Positions 23,816 through 36,034 of a stretch of 64,000 bases of DNA are shown in pieces. The notes under the pieces are model-generated. The model was given only the letters and a program-made list of their open reading frames with translations. It was not told the DNA's origin and searched no databases. Origin of the DNA: Malacoraja senta (lineage: Eukaryota); the NCBI GenBank assembly GCA_038087875.1, contig CM075989.1:13702001-13766000 (forward strand). The letters are read 5' to 3'. Made by a program: the position numbers and the translations under genes. The first letter of the stretch is position 1, and every line of letters starts with the position of its first letter.

Positions 23816-24768
23816 CTAACAGAGACAAAAGGGGGACAACTGTGTCAGGAGCTGCTCGAGGGGTAATAGTGAGCCAGATCACAGCTTCAGTTAGATTAAG
23901 ATGTACAACACAAATGGTGATCCATAAAAGGATTCATCTATAGTGCATTAATTTTCACCATCATCTGTCGATTCTTGTCATAAACTAATTTTTACATCAT
24001 TTATTAAGTGATCTGCCTTGTAAACTTTGCATTTAGGGCAGTACAGTGGCGCAGAAGTATTTAGTGCGTCAGGAAGCATCCGTGGAGGCTAAAGGTGTAC
24101 GTCAATGTTTTGGGTTAAGACCCTGCATCAGGACAGAGGGAAGAGGAAAAATTGCCAGTTTGTAGCAATGTGAGGGAGGATGGGATAGAAACTAGCTGGC
24201 GATTGATGGAACCAGATGGGAGGGGATGATAGGCAGATGAAACCAAGTGGGAGAGAGAATGGGAAAGTTAAACAAAGGGAGAAGGAAACAGGTAAGTGTG
24301 TGCGGGAGGAGAGCACCAAGCAGGCGGGTTACCTGAAAATGGAAAATTGAATCTTCATACCATTGGGCTGTAAAGTAGCCAGGTAGAATCCCTAACACCA
24401 ATGTGGCCATACCCACACCTCAAGGACTACAGCACTTCAAAAGATAGCTCAATGTCACCTTCTCAAAGGCATTTAAGGACGTGCAATTAAATGTCAGAAT
24501 TAGTTTAATGTATCCTTGCACTCAAGCACACTGCAGATTTGCAGACAACGATCTGTTATCAGAGTGCCTAAAGGGCCTTGGCCAGACTTGCATTTATCAA
24601 ATCTGGGAACACTTTCTGGAGAAGAGGGAAGTAAAGATGGAACAAGCTCGTCATTCCTGGAGCTGGATCCAAGAAGTGACGGAAGGCAAGATTTCCTGTG
24701 AGGATGATGCGTGTGGGCAAGTTTGGAAGCAGTGCGCCTGTGAGGATCCCGAGGACAAGGAATGGTAC

Positions 24769-24912
24769 CTTGAGAGTGGCACAGGCAGTGTAAACGATAT
24801 TTGGCAATATCTCAACAGGCTCCTTGAACATGACCCTAAAAGTGCTTGCAGATCCATCACAGCAAAATCCAGTGTCATTTTGGGCTATTGTTGCATTATC
24901 ATTTTCAATGAT
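24769..24912 (-). CDS. BTBD1: BTBD1 exon 7
   Basis: [48 protein letters not shown]. Confidence 0.95.
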
Positions 24913-24984
24913 CTGAAACAAAGGACAAAAATCAACATTTTATTATCAATGATCGCAAGATCCCAATTCGCCACACAATGTACA

Positions 24985-25430
24985 TTCTGCCCAGCCAATG
25001 GCCATGCTCCTGCCCAACCATTGCCATGTACTGACCTCTGCCCAACCAATCACCGTGCACCAGCTTATGCCCAACCAATCACCATGCTCCTGCCCAGCCA
25101 ATCACCATTCACCAGCTCCTGCCCAGCCAATCACCATGTACTGGCTCTTGCTCAACCAATCACAATTCACCTGCCCAGCCAATCACCATTCACCAGCTCC
25201 TGCCCAGCCAATCACCATGTACTGGCTCTTGCTCAACCAATCACCATTCACCTGCCCAGCCAATCACCATTCACCAGCTCCTGCCCAGCCAATCACCATG
25301 TATTGGCTCCTGCCCAACCAATCACCATTCTCCTGCCCAGCCAATCACCATTCACCAGCTGCTGCCCAGCCAATCACCATGTACTGGCTCCTGCCCAACC
25401 AATCACCATTCTCCTGCCCAGCCAATCACC
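24985..25430. repeat. CCAAT-box tandem array with 81-bp higher-order unit (29+29+23 bp)
   Basis: Recurring core CCTGCCCA(G/A)CCAATCACCAT, about 16 copies, in BTBD1 intron 6. Confidence 0.92.
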
Positions 25431-25657
25431 GGATACCAAATCTTGCCTTGCCCCCAGTGCACAAATTGGCAGCATCAATACCCACTAAAAAGGGACAGCA
25501 CAAAGTCTTTCATAATATTTTAAACATTTCGGTCATTATGATTTGCAGGAGTAGGGGCTTGGTACAACAGTCCTCCCCACATCAAAGCCAATTACAATCT
25601 TACTGTACATAAGATATTTTGTGTTATCACCGATTGGCCACAGGAAATCTCACACAC

Positions 25658-25745
25658 CTGTATGTTGACCAGGTAGTCGGTTGGCCCATGTATAGATCCA
25701 TAGAGTCCGAAGCCCACGACACACACTCTTCTCGTCACTGAAAAT
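25658..25745 (-). CDS. BTBD1: BTBD1 exon 6
   Basis: [29 protein letters not shown]|gtgtgt. Confidence 0.92.
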
Positions 25746-25819
25746 CTTCAGACATAAGGATGGGAAAAGCAGTTACCTCCCGGACACTTTCCAAATGCAT
25801 TCCTGTCGATTTAAGCTTT

Positions 25820-26575
25820 AATATAGAACACAGAACAACTCAGCACAGGAGGAGGCCCTTCAGCCACAACATCTGTGCCGAACATGATACCAAGTTAAAC
25901 CAATCTTCTCTGCCTGCACGTGATCCATATCCCTCCATTCTCTCCATATCAACGTGTCTATCTAAAAGCTTCTTAAATACTATGATCATATCTATATTCT
26001 CCATCACCCCTGGCAGTGTGCCCTAGACACCTGCCAGGCTCTGTGTTAAAAAACTGCCAGACATATCTCCTTTGAGCTTTACCCTTTGAGCTAAAAGCTA
26101 TACCCTCTAGTTTTTGACATATCCATCCTGGGAAAAAGGTTCTGATTGCCTACACTATCTATGCTTCTTATATTACATATATCTACCAGATCTCTCCCTC
26201 TGCCGTTATATAACTTCCTGACTCTTATACTGAATGCTCCGACCGATGAAGGCAAGCATATCACACACCTTCATGCCCTCTTCAAAGCCTCCACACCCTT
26301 CCTGTAATGGGGAAACCACAGCTGCACACATCAGTTCAAATGCGGCCGAACCAAAGTTTTATAAAGCAGCAGCGTGATTTCCTGACTCTTACAATGCCCC
26401 AACTGATGAAGGCAAGCATACTATATCCCTTCTTTACCACTCTATCTATTTGTGTTTCCATTTTCATAGAGCTATGGACTTGGGCCTCAAGATTATCAAT
26501 GCTGTTAAGGGTCTTGCCATTAACTGCATACTCCTCCCCTTATATTCAACCACCTGAAGTGCAGCACATTACACT
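25820..26575 (-). mobile_element. CR1 3' fragment
   Basis: atagaacacagaaca tail followed by a decayed RT C-terminus on the minus strand. Confidence 0.7.
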
Positions 26576-26654
26576 TTTCGAGTATGCTTAGGCATATGAC
26601 AGCCAGAGTTGTTTAGCTGCACAGGAGGTGTGCTAGTCAGCATAGGTTGCCCAC

Positions 26655-26847
26655 CTGATCCTGTCACTTGTTCCACTGTAGCCCCAGCGACATTCCACCT
26701 GCTGAAAGCGGTTGATGCTGCACTCCTTGCCACGCAGGCAACAGCGCGGTCGGTCAATGTACTGCACCCGTGGTTTGGGGTTCAAGGTGAAGTGTAGAAA
26801 TAGATTAACAACCTCTCGGTCAGACAGTACCCCAGCCTGAGCTGGTC
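26655..26847 (-). CDS. BTBD1: BTBD1 exon 5
   Basis: [63 protein letters not shown]. Confidence 0.95.
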
Positions 26848-27451
26848 CTGAACAGAGAGAACGCACACAGATTATTTTTAGTACTGCACCATTACTGCCC
26901 ACATTCCAAGAATTTCACTGAGTAGGAGGCTCAAGTGTTTCCAAATAGCCTCACATTCCAGCTTTTTCCTTTTAAGTGTGTCCATTTAAATATTTAACTA
27001 ATTATTTAAAAAAGTTATTCAGTGACCTTAACCTTCCAACCTACTGCCCCATCGCAGTTTACCGGAATCCCTAAAAACAAAGCAGCATTTCCAATCAAGG
27101 GTGCTTAGAAATCACGCAGACTGCCGATTTAAAATATATATATTTTTTTAAACCTTTATTTTAATCGATAAACGTAATAACTGCAGCATAGGGTCAATCA
27201 GCTTTTCTGGTCTGTGAAATAATCTAAGCAGGCTTCGTGGTAGTTACTTAAACCTGACACCCAGTCCCAATAACCTAATCATCAACAAAAATCAACCGGG
27301 CTCGTTTGGCCACAGTAACAGACTGTTGGATTTTGGCTCATGGTTGGTTTGACTCAGTTACCCACCCACTCGGTGTGATGCTGCTATCTCCTTCCGCTCC
27401 AATAGCCATTGCATCATCTTTCTCTCCAAGATCAGTTAAATTCATGCTGAC

Positions 27452-27649
27452 CTGCAGAGAACTCCTCGATGGTCATGAGTGGAAATCGAACAAGACCGAC
27501 GGCTCTCCCCAGCACCTTCTGCTTGTTCCTCGGAGTGACTGGCAGCTGTTGCCTCTGGCATTCTGCCTCTGCCCAGCGGACCACTCCAGCAAAGAGCCGG
27601 ATCTCACGGATGCTCAACGTGTCGCGCTCCAGCACTGCACACAGCGTGT
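27452..27649 (-). CDS. BTBD1: BTBD1 exon 4
   Basis: [35 protein letters not shown]...[13 protein letters not shown]. Confidence 0.95.
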
Positions 27650-28044
27650 CTGTGAGAAGAGGGAGAGGAAATGGTCTAAGCCTTCAAAATCTGTTACTGT
27701 TGCATAAGTGATGTATTACTGGAAAAGCTGGCATTTCTGCAGCAGCATCTTTCCCAAAGAATTTTCCAGAAAACCATAGACATTTTTTTTAAAAATGTCT
27801 AGTTATTGTTGTATTGTGCGAAACACCACCGTCAATGAGCATGAGCCAATCATCTGCATTGTTAATTGAGTAATACATATTATGCAGGGTACTGAGGAAA
27901 ATTAGTAGCAAAAAAAGAGCAGCTGGAAGAACTCAGCAGGTCAGGCAATGACTGTCGACGAGATCCTTCATCCGGCTGCCGCTCGCCTTTTGTTGTTTCA
28001 GCTTCCAGTATCTGCTGACTCTTGTGCCTCCACCAGAAAAACTA

Positions 28045-28160
28045 ACCTGCTTTTCTTCAAACCGAAGGGTCAATTCATCCTTCCATTCCAGAAGAGCAAA
28101 AGGGCCATGAAGCATTCTCATTTGGAAGACAGCATCTGTGGCACTGCAGCATTCCCTGTG
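28045..28160 (-). mobile_element. Deu-domain SINE relic (SacSINE1/AmnSINE1-like)
   Basis: Reverse strand gggaatgctgcagtgccacagatgctgtcttccaaatgaga...gaagaaaagcagg resembles the Deu domain. Confidence 0.5.
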
Positions 28161-28643
28161 CATGTATCTCCCCTCCCACAGTGCGATGCTCCCTCCATAT
28201 CATCCCTCCCATAGCGTGGTGCTTCCTCAGCATCTCCCTTCCCACAGTGGGGCATCTCCTCTCTGAGAGCACAGCGGTCCTTTGGCACCACCCCTTCTGG
28301 CAGCAAACAGTGCTCCCTCGGCACTGTCATCTTGGACTCTGCAGCAACATGAGGGGAAGATCGTGAACAGCCAAGAGCTGATTCACATGTGCTGAGTGTT
28401 ACTGATAGCCATTTCTGTGCATTCATTTCGTTTCTGCATTTTAAGCTGGTGTGTGTGCGTGTGTGAGAGAGTGGAGGTGGGCAGAGGGAAGAACTCACTG
28501 AATTCTAGCACAGGTACGCTTACTGCTATGTACTAAATGTTTGCATAATGATAACTGCTGAAGTTATCATTCGGATTGCATCGCTGACACTGAGCTAAAG
28601 GGAACCTTTGAGCTAACTTTCATGGGGAACATTAGTCACTAAC

Positions 28644-28749
28644 CTAGATCTATATCGGTGAAGCCCTCTGCATTGATAGCATCTGCGACGTTTCTGTCGA
28701 TGATGTCCAAGCAGAGGTTGGCAAGCTGCGGCTCATCAAACAATCGTGC
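28644..28749 (-). CDS. BTBD1: BTBD1 exon 3
   Basis: [35 protein letters not shown]. Confidence 0.95.
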
Positions 28750-29431
28750 CTGAAACATGGAGTCATAGGTAAAGTAATGAGAACGAATGAGCTTTGGAAA
28801 GCAATCAAATTTCGTTGTACAGCAATAAACTGTAAGCAGACACATAGGCTAGCAAAGGAGGAATAGGTACTGAAAGAGCCATGTGGATTTAACCAGCAAG
28901 CTCATGCAAGGGGAAGGGGTGGGAAAGGGAGTAGAAAATCATGGTCCCGGCAGCTGGGGTGGGAACAGGCAGGTTCCTGAGTGCTTGAGGTAGAGGGGGG
29001 CACCTAGGGGTGAAGAATGGGGTGTATTCTGGATGTTGGTTGGAGGAGGAAGATTGATGGGCAGGATCCAGAGGAATGGTGTGGGGGAAGTTTCAAGGGT
29101 ATTACTGTAGTGCAGGAGATGATGGGCAGGGTCCCAATGGCTGCATGGTGATGTGGGGTAGCTTCCAGGGTGTTGGGGGGGGGAGATAGAGGGCAGTGGT
29201 GGTGGAGGGTGGGGGCTGATGGGTCAGGTCACAGTTGCTAGGGTGAGATCTGAGGGAGAGTGCTGGGTAAGTGGGGGCAATGAAGTGCAGTATCCTGGTG
29301 TGCCCCTGTTACCACAATCATGATTTGGCGTGAGTAGATCTTCAGTATGAATGGTCACAGGACCAAGTTATCTTATTATTATTGGAAGTCAAACAGCACT
29401 GAGTAGCAAGCAGGATTTTTAGCTGCGTCTA

Positions 29432-29692
<261 letters not shown>

Positions 29693-30009
29693 CTAATATT
29701 TTCCTGGCCCATGGTCCAAATGCCAGCAATATATTCAGCTAAACTGAACTAGAAATCTTCTTTCTAACTCCACTGATCTGTACTACAACAGAGCAACATA
29801 CCTCAGATCTGTACAGTGCCCAATATAACAATGTCTGATCCAGGTGTTTCCTGTTGTTCCTCAGTTTAGTTTGGATCTACAGCATGGAAAGTCCATCAGT
29901 CCATCGAGTCCATGGCACAAGTTCTACTTTCCTCAGATTTTTTACATCTTTATTCTGTTTCTTCAACAGTCTCTTAGAATCATGGCGATTTATGCCTGTG
30001 TGCAGCAGA

Positions 30010-30150
30010 TTGGGGCCTCAGCTCAGTGTTTCATCTCCATAAGGACACCTCAGGCAGCACAGCACTCTCTCAGTACTGTACTGGGAGTGCAAAGTCATGC
30101 TCGTATGCTCAAGCCCTGGAGTGGGACTCGACCCTAGATAACATCTCACT
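30010..30150 (-). mobile_element. Deu-domain SINE relic (head region)
   Basis: cagcactctctcagtactgtactgggagtg...ctcaagccctggagtgggactcgaccc. Confidence 0.6.
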
Positions 30151-30624
30151 CCATAAGCACTCAGTCCAATACAAACAAGCTCAGTTGTCATCAATATTAC
30201 AATAGCTCTCTCTTATCAAGTTATTTCAGATCTTTTTTGCCAAACCTGTCACTTGATCACCTACTTTGCGCGAGTGCGCTGTACAATATCATTGCAAAAT
30301 CAATAATTAAAACATGTACGATGCTAAAAATTTAATTGAAGTCAGTGGTAATTTGATTCCATTCATGTCAATATGATTGATTCATTAAATATCCAGCTCA
30401 CACCATTCACAATCTTACTCGGAACAGTTAACCTCATGTTCATGCTTTAATATAACTGATCACTGAGAGAATCCCTGAATGCAATGTAGTTGTGGCTAAT
30501 TTAATTTAAAGAGAGCCAAAGATCATGAAAGGTGCTAAGTTTACAAGCCTTCACCTTGCTCCATGTGTCTCCCTTTTCAAAAGCTGACATCAAACATTGG
30601 TTGCCAACTTTTGATACAATCCTG

Positions 30625-32215
30625 AAGAGTAGAATGGATAAGGGAGAGCCAGTGGATGTGGTGTATCTGAATTGTCAAAAAGCCTTTGACAAGGTCCCAC
30701 ACAAGAGATTAGTGTGCAAAATTAGAGCACATGGTATTGGGGGTAGGGTATTGACATGGATAGAGAACTGATTGGCAGACAGGAAGCAAAGAGTAGGAAT
30801 TAACGTGTCTTTCAGAATGGCAGGCAAGGCTCAGTGCTGGGATGCCAGTTATTTACAATAACCCCAGTGGGGTGCCACAAGGCTCAGTGCTGGGACCCCA
30901 GTTATTTACAATATATATTAACGGTTTTGACGAGGGAATTAAAAATAATATATCCATGTTTGCGGATGACACAAAGCTGGGTGGCAGAGTGAGCTGTGAG
31001 GAGGATGCCATGAGGCTGCAGGGTGACTTGGATAGGTTGGGTGAGTGGGGAGATGCATGGCAGATGCAGTATAATGTGGATAAATGTGAGGGTATCCACT
31101 TTGGTGGCAAGAACAGGAAGGCAGATTAATATCTGAATAGTGTCATATTTTAGGAAATGGGGAGGTTCAACGAGACCTGGGTGTCCTTGTACATCAGTGT
31201 TCAAGAAGGAACTGCAGATGCTGGAAAATAGAAGGTAGACAAAAATAGAAGGCAGAAACCCGCTGAGTTTCTCCAGCATTTTTGTCTACCTTGTACATCG
31301 GTCACTGAAAGTAAGCATGCAGGTACAGCAGGAAGTGAAGAAAGCTAATGGCAGGTAGACAAAAATGCTGGAGAAACTCAGCGGGTGAGGCAGCATCTAT
31401 GGAGCGAAGGAAATAGGCGACGTTTCTAGTCGAGTCCTTTCTTCATGTAGTTCCGTCTGAAGAAGAGTCTCACCCAAAACGTCGCCTATTTCCTTCGCTC
31501 CATAGATGCTGCCTCACCCGCTGAGTTTCTCCAGCATTTTTGTCTACCTTCGATTTTCCAGCATCTGCAGTTCCATCTAAAGCTAATGGCATATTGGCCT
31601 TCATTGTAATTTTAATTTAGGAGCAAGGCAGTTGTACAGGGTACTGGTGAGACCACACCTGGAGTATTGTGTGCAGATTTGGTCTCCTAATTTGAGGAAG
31701 GACATTATTGCTATTGAGGGAGTGCAGTGTAGGTTCACCAGGTTAATTCCCGGAATGGCGGGACTGACATATGAGGAAAGAATAGGTCGATTGGGCTTGT
31801 ATTTGCTGGAATTTAGAAGGATGAGAGGGTATCTTATAGAAACATATAAAATTCTTAAAGGATTGGACAGGCTAGATGCAGGAAAAATGTTCCCCTTGTT
31901 GGGGGAGTCCAGAACCAGGGGTCACAGTTTAAGAATAAGGGGGAAGCCATTTAGGACTGAGATGAGGAAAATCTTTTTCACCCAGAGTTGTGAATCTGTG
32001 GAATTCTCTGCCACAGAAGGCAGTGGAGGCCAATTCATTGGATGTTTTCAAGAGAGAGTTAGATTTAGCTCTTAGAGCTAACGGAATCAAGGGATATGGG
32101 GAAAAAGCAGGAACGGGTTACTGATTTTGGATGATCAGCCATGATCATATTGAATGGCGGTGCTGGTTCAAATGGCCAAATGGCCTACTCCTATACCTAT
32201 TTTCTATGTTTCTAC
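30625..32215 (+). mobile_element. 5'-truncated young CR1 LINE (RT to 3' tail), interrupted by two short insertions
   Basis: DVVYL..QKAFDKVPH, GVPQGSVLGP, FADDTKLGG, LVRPHLEYCVQ, ttctatgt tail. Confidence 0.92.
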
Positions 32216-32659
32216 ATCATCAAACATAACCCCAACCCACTGTCGTTGTCACCTGTTATCATTCATTATCAGCCCAACCTATTGCAAAGTGAAGTTTGAT
32301 TTTTTTTCCTAGTACATGAGCACTCTTGAGCATTGAACCGTTTTATAACTCCTGATAACTAACCAAAGCGTTTTAGGATGGTTCAATGTTTCGATTTTTT
32401 GACTGGGTTATCGAGTTATGGATTTGACATCTCTAAAGTAAAGAGTGAAAAAGTAATTTTCAATGTGTATCCTTTCGCCTACCGCAGTACTTTCTCGGAA
32501 CGCAAACTCTTCGTAAATCAAAACACCTGTGATTATATGTAAACAGATAAAACATCGGTATCTAGCCATACAAGAGCAACAGGTATGATAAAACATTAAA
32601 CAGATAATTCTTATCCCCTCGGTTATTAAATTTATGGTGATTGAGAGCCCAGCTTCCAC

Positions 32660-32765
32660 CCTCCCCCCCGAGAACGTGCAAACTCCACACAGGCAGCACC
32701 CGAGGTCATGATCGAACCTGGATCTCTACTGTTGTGACGCAACAACTCACCCAGCTGTGCCACTG
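32660..32765 (-). mobile_element. V-SINE head split by a DNA transposon; resumes at 35060-35068
   Basis: ...ctgtgccactg | tgttgccc. Confidence 0.75.
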
Positions 32766-33439
32766 CAAGGCTCGAAATTAACGGTTGCCCGGGTGACAAT
32801 GGTGACCTAAAGTCCCACCGGGTAACCTAAAAGCCGTGCCATTTTGCCTGGCTTGGCCAGCACCCGGGGCACCCGCCGTTCAACTCTGAGCGGGCCCCCC
32901 TCTCTATCACTCTCCGTCTCCGCCCGCCATCCGCTCTCTGCTCTCCACCCGCTCCTCATCTGCTGGCGCGGCCAGTGGTCGTGCACATGCTCACTGCCAC
33001 TGTCTGCAAATCCTCCTCCTGAACATGCGCACTGCCTCGGCAACTGGTCGGCGCTGGGCACTTTCTCCCTCCCTTTGCATTGTGGGAGATCTGGCTGCCA
33101 TTGCTGTCCGGTCGCCGCCTCGCCGCGACCGCTGAAAACCAACGCAGAATCACTCCCTGGAGCTGGAGTAACTCTTGCTTCTTGGTTTCCTGATCCTCCA
33201 AAAATATTACAAATGGAATTTAAACTGGAGTGGACCCTCCACCACCAAACTCTGAAAAATAACAGCCTAATGCACTTTATCTGTTTATTTATTGTATATA
33301 TATATATATATATATGGTCTATGGTATATAGACACACTGAACTTTTATCTCCTGTTCTGTATTATGTTTACATATTCTGTTGTGCTGCAGCAAGCAAGAA
33401 TTTAATTGTCCTATCTGGGACACATGACAATAAAACTCA

Positions 33440-34562
33440 GCTGGTGAAGCAGCATCTATGGAGTGAAGGAAATAGGCGACGTTTCGGGTCGAGACCCTTC
33501 TTCAGACTGATGTGAGGGTGGAGGGGAGCGGGAAGAAGACAGGAAGAGGCAGAGATAGTGGGCTGAGGGAGAGCTGGGAAGGGGAGGAAAAAGCTCCTGA
33601 AATTGGAGGTCAATGTTCATACCGTTGGGGTGTAAACTGCCCAAGCGAAATATGAGGTGCTGCTCCTCCAATTTACGGTGGGCCTCACTCTGGCCATGGA
33701 GGAGGCCCGGGACAGAAAGGTCGGATTCGGAATGGGAGGAGTTGAAGTGCTGAGCTACCGGGAGATCAGGTTGGTTATTGCAAACCGAGCGGAGGAGTTG
33801 GGCAAAGCGATCGCCAAGCCTACGCTTGGTCTCACCGATGTAGAGCAGCTGACACCTAGAGCGGATGCAATAGATGAGGTTGGAGGAGGTGCAGGTGATC
33901 CTCTGCCGCACCTAGAAAGACTGCTTGGGTCCTTGAATGGAGTCAAGGGGGGAGGTAAAGCGATAAGTGTAGCATTTCCTGCGGTTGCAAGGGAAAGTGC
34001 CAGGAGAGGGTGTGGTTTGGGTGGGAAGGGACGAATTGACCAGGGAGTTACAGAGGGAGCAGTCTCTGCGGAAAGCCGACAGGGGAGGAGATGGGAAGAT
34101 GTGGCCAGTGGTGGGATCCCGTTGGCAGACAAAAAAGCTGGAGAAAATCAGCGGGTGAGGCAGCATCTATGGAGCGAGGGAATAGGCGACGGTTTGGGTC
34201 GAGACCCTTCTTCAGACTGATGTCGGGTGGAGGGGTGGGCTGGAAAAGGAAAGGAAGAGGCGGAGACAGTAGGCTGTGGGAGAGCTGGGAATGGGAATGG
34301 GAGAAAGTTAGGACTACCTGAAATTGGAGAAGCAAATGTTCATACCGCTGGGGTGTAAACTACCCAAGCGAAATATGAGGTGCTGTTCCTCCAATTTGCG
34401 GTGGGCCTCACTCTGGCCATGGAGGAGGCCCAGGACATAAAGATTGGATTCAGAATGGGAGGGGGAGTTGAAGTGTTGAGCCACCGGGAGATCAGGTTGG
34501 TTATTGCGAACTGAGTGGAGGTGTTGTGCGAATCGTACACCAAGCCTGCGGTTGGTCTCACG
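33440..34562 (-). mobile_element. Penelope-like element, two tandem 3' copies with GIY-YIG endonuclease
   Basis: NLIYCIR..C.LLYIGETKRRLGDRF..H..PVAQHFNS...RKLEEQHLIFRLGSLHP.GMN in both copies. Confidence 0.9.
33478..33505 (-). ncRNA. Minimal type-I hammerhead ribozyme-like core in a Penelope 3' end
   Basis: CTGAAGA-A-GGGT-CTCG-ACCC-GAAAC-GTC; activity untested. Confidence 0.5.
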
Positions 34563-35189
34563 GAGGTTCATCATACGCTGAATAATCCAACCACATTTTT
34601 GTTTGGAAGTGGAAAGAAGTAATAGAAATTGCATTCATTAAAACATGTAAAAAGAGTTGAGATACTGTATTTACTGTATTATAATGTTGTGGCATTGTGG
34701 TATATATCAGAGGTAGACAAAAATGCTGGAGAAACTCAGCGGGTGCAGCAGCATCCGTTTCTCCAGCATTTTTGTCTACCTTCGATTTTCCAGCATCTGC
34801 AGTTCCTTCTTAAACACGTGATATATATTATATCTTGATTGGTGAATATGTTTAGTTTGTGACTTTATTTGAAGCAGAAATAATATGTGACTGCTTCATT
34901 GAGCATAATTCCGACTGGTAACTACGCACTTCGTCCGAGCACATTATCGCACGCGTCATGCAAGCCGTCTTAAATGACCACCTAAACTGTCATTTGGCAA
35001 CCTAATAAGCTGCCTAGGTTGGCAACAGAGAAAAAAAGTTAAGTGAGAGCCCTGCACTGTGTTGCCCTAATAAACAGCAGATGTGAAAGTGGGCTTCACA
35101 TATCTTGTTTATTGATAAATAATAATTCATCTCAAATGACAATCCCGGCATCTTTTCAGGGTGGACATTGAAACCTGGTGAAGCGACAA

Positions 35190-35780
35190 TGAATGGCGGT
35201 CGGTGACCCACCGATCGGCCGAAGGGTCACTAACCCTCACCTGAGTAGCGCCAAGAAGGCGGCGGGCTCCACGTCGGGCAGTTCCACCTCGGCCGAGCGG
35301 GTGGCCATGCCACCGTTGAACATGGCGTCGAAGACGGCGCTGCCGACGGCGAGCACGAAACGGTGGGCGGGGAAGCGCTGGGCCCCGCGACCCTTCCCCA
35401 CCGCGAAGTGGACGTCGCTCAGCAGTTCGTTGTTGAACAGGAAGGCGAAGCGTTCCCGCACCGAGCTCTGGGTCGCCTGCCAGTTACAGAGCGGCGGCGG
35501 AGGGGGCTGTCCGAGCCCAGGCCCCGGCGCCGGCGCCTGGCCCGCGCCTTCTCCCGGCTCCAGAGCGGCCCAGGCCCCGTTCCTGGCCGCGGCTCCGGCC
35601 ACCGCTTCCTCCTCCTCCATCTTCACCACCGCCTCCCAGCCCCGGATAGCGCCAAGAATCACCGGCGATCTTCGCGAACTTCCGCGTTAAACCCGGCAGG
35701 TTAGCGCGGAACCTGCTCTCTCTCGGACTAACCGGGTTCCTCAGTCGCTCCCTCCCTTCATCTAACCTCGCCCCTACTCG
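35190..35780 (-). promoter_or_regulatory. BTBD1: CpG island over BTBD1 exon 1 and promoter
   Basis: Dense CpG, GC-rich. Confidence 0.7.
35241..35620 (-). CDS. BTBD1: BTBD1 exon 1
   Basis: MEEEE...[27 protein letters not shown]...[21 protein letters not shown]...EPAAFLALL(R)|gtgagg. Confidence 0.93.
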
Positions 35781-36034
35781 CCAGAATAAATATACAGTGT
35801 GAAAAAATGACTAGAAACATCAAAACAATAAATAATAACTTCATTAAAACCTGGTTGAGGAACGATTGGATGACGCAGAAGAATAGTTGCAATGTTATAA
35901 ATATACTTAATATTGAATTAGATCGATTAAATGAAAAAAAAAGCTTCGTTTTGCGAAATTTGCTGGAATAGGGTGGTAAACGCAATGGGAATGGGGGGTG
36001 CAATGCAAGCAAAGATTTTTGAAATTCTTCAAGT

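Larger units (their letters stand above)
32766..35054. mobile_element. Non-autonomous DNA transposon, hAT5-like, with nested Penelope copies
   Basis: Termini CAAGGCTCGAAATTAAC and GTTAAGTGAGAGCCCTG form an imperfect TIR; 5-bp TSD CACTG at 32761-32765 and 35055-35059. Confidence 0.7.

Noticed and set aside
24985-25430. CRISPR-like repeat-spacer appearance
   Set aside because: The 3-9 nt spacers themselves repeat, the context is a vertebrate intron, and there are no cas genes
24481-25612. 335-aa and 204-aa + strand ORFs
   Set aside because: Explained by the antisense of BTBD1 exon 7 and the stop-free 81-bp tandem repeat
33657-34321. + strand ORFs of 187 and 76 aa
   Set aside because: Antisense shadows of Penelope sequence
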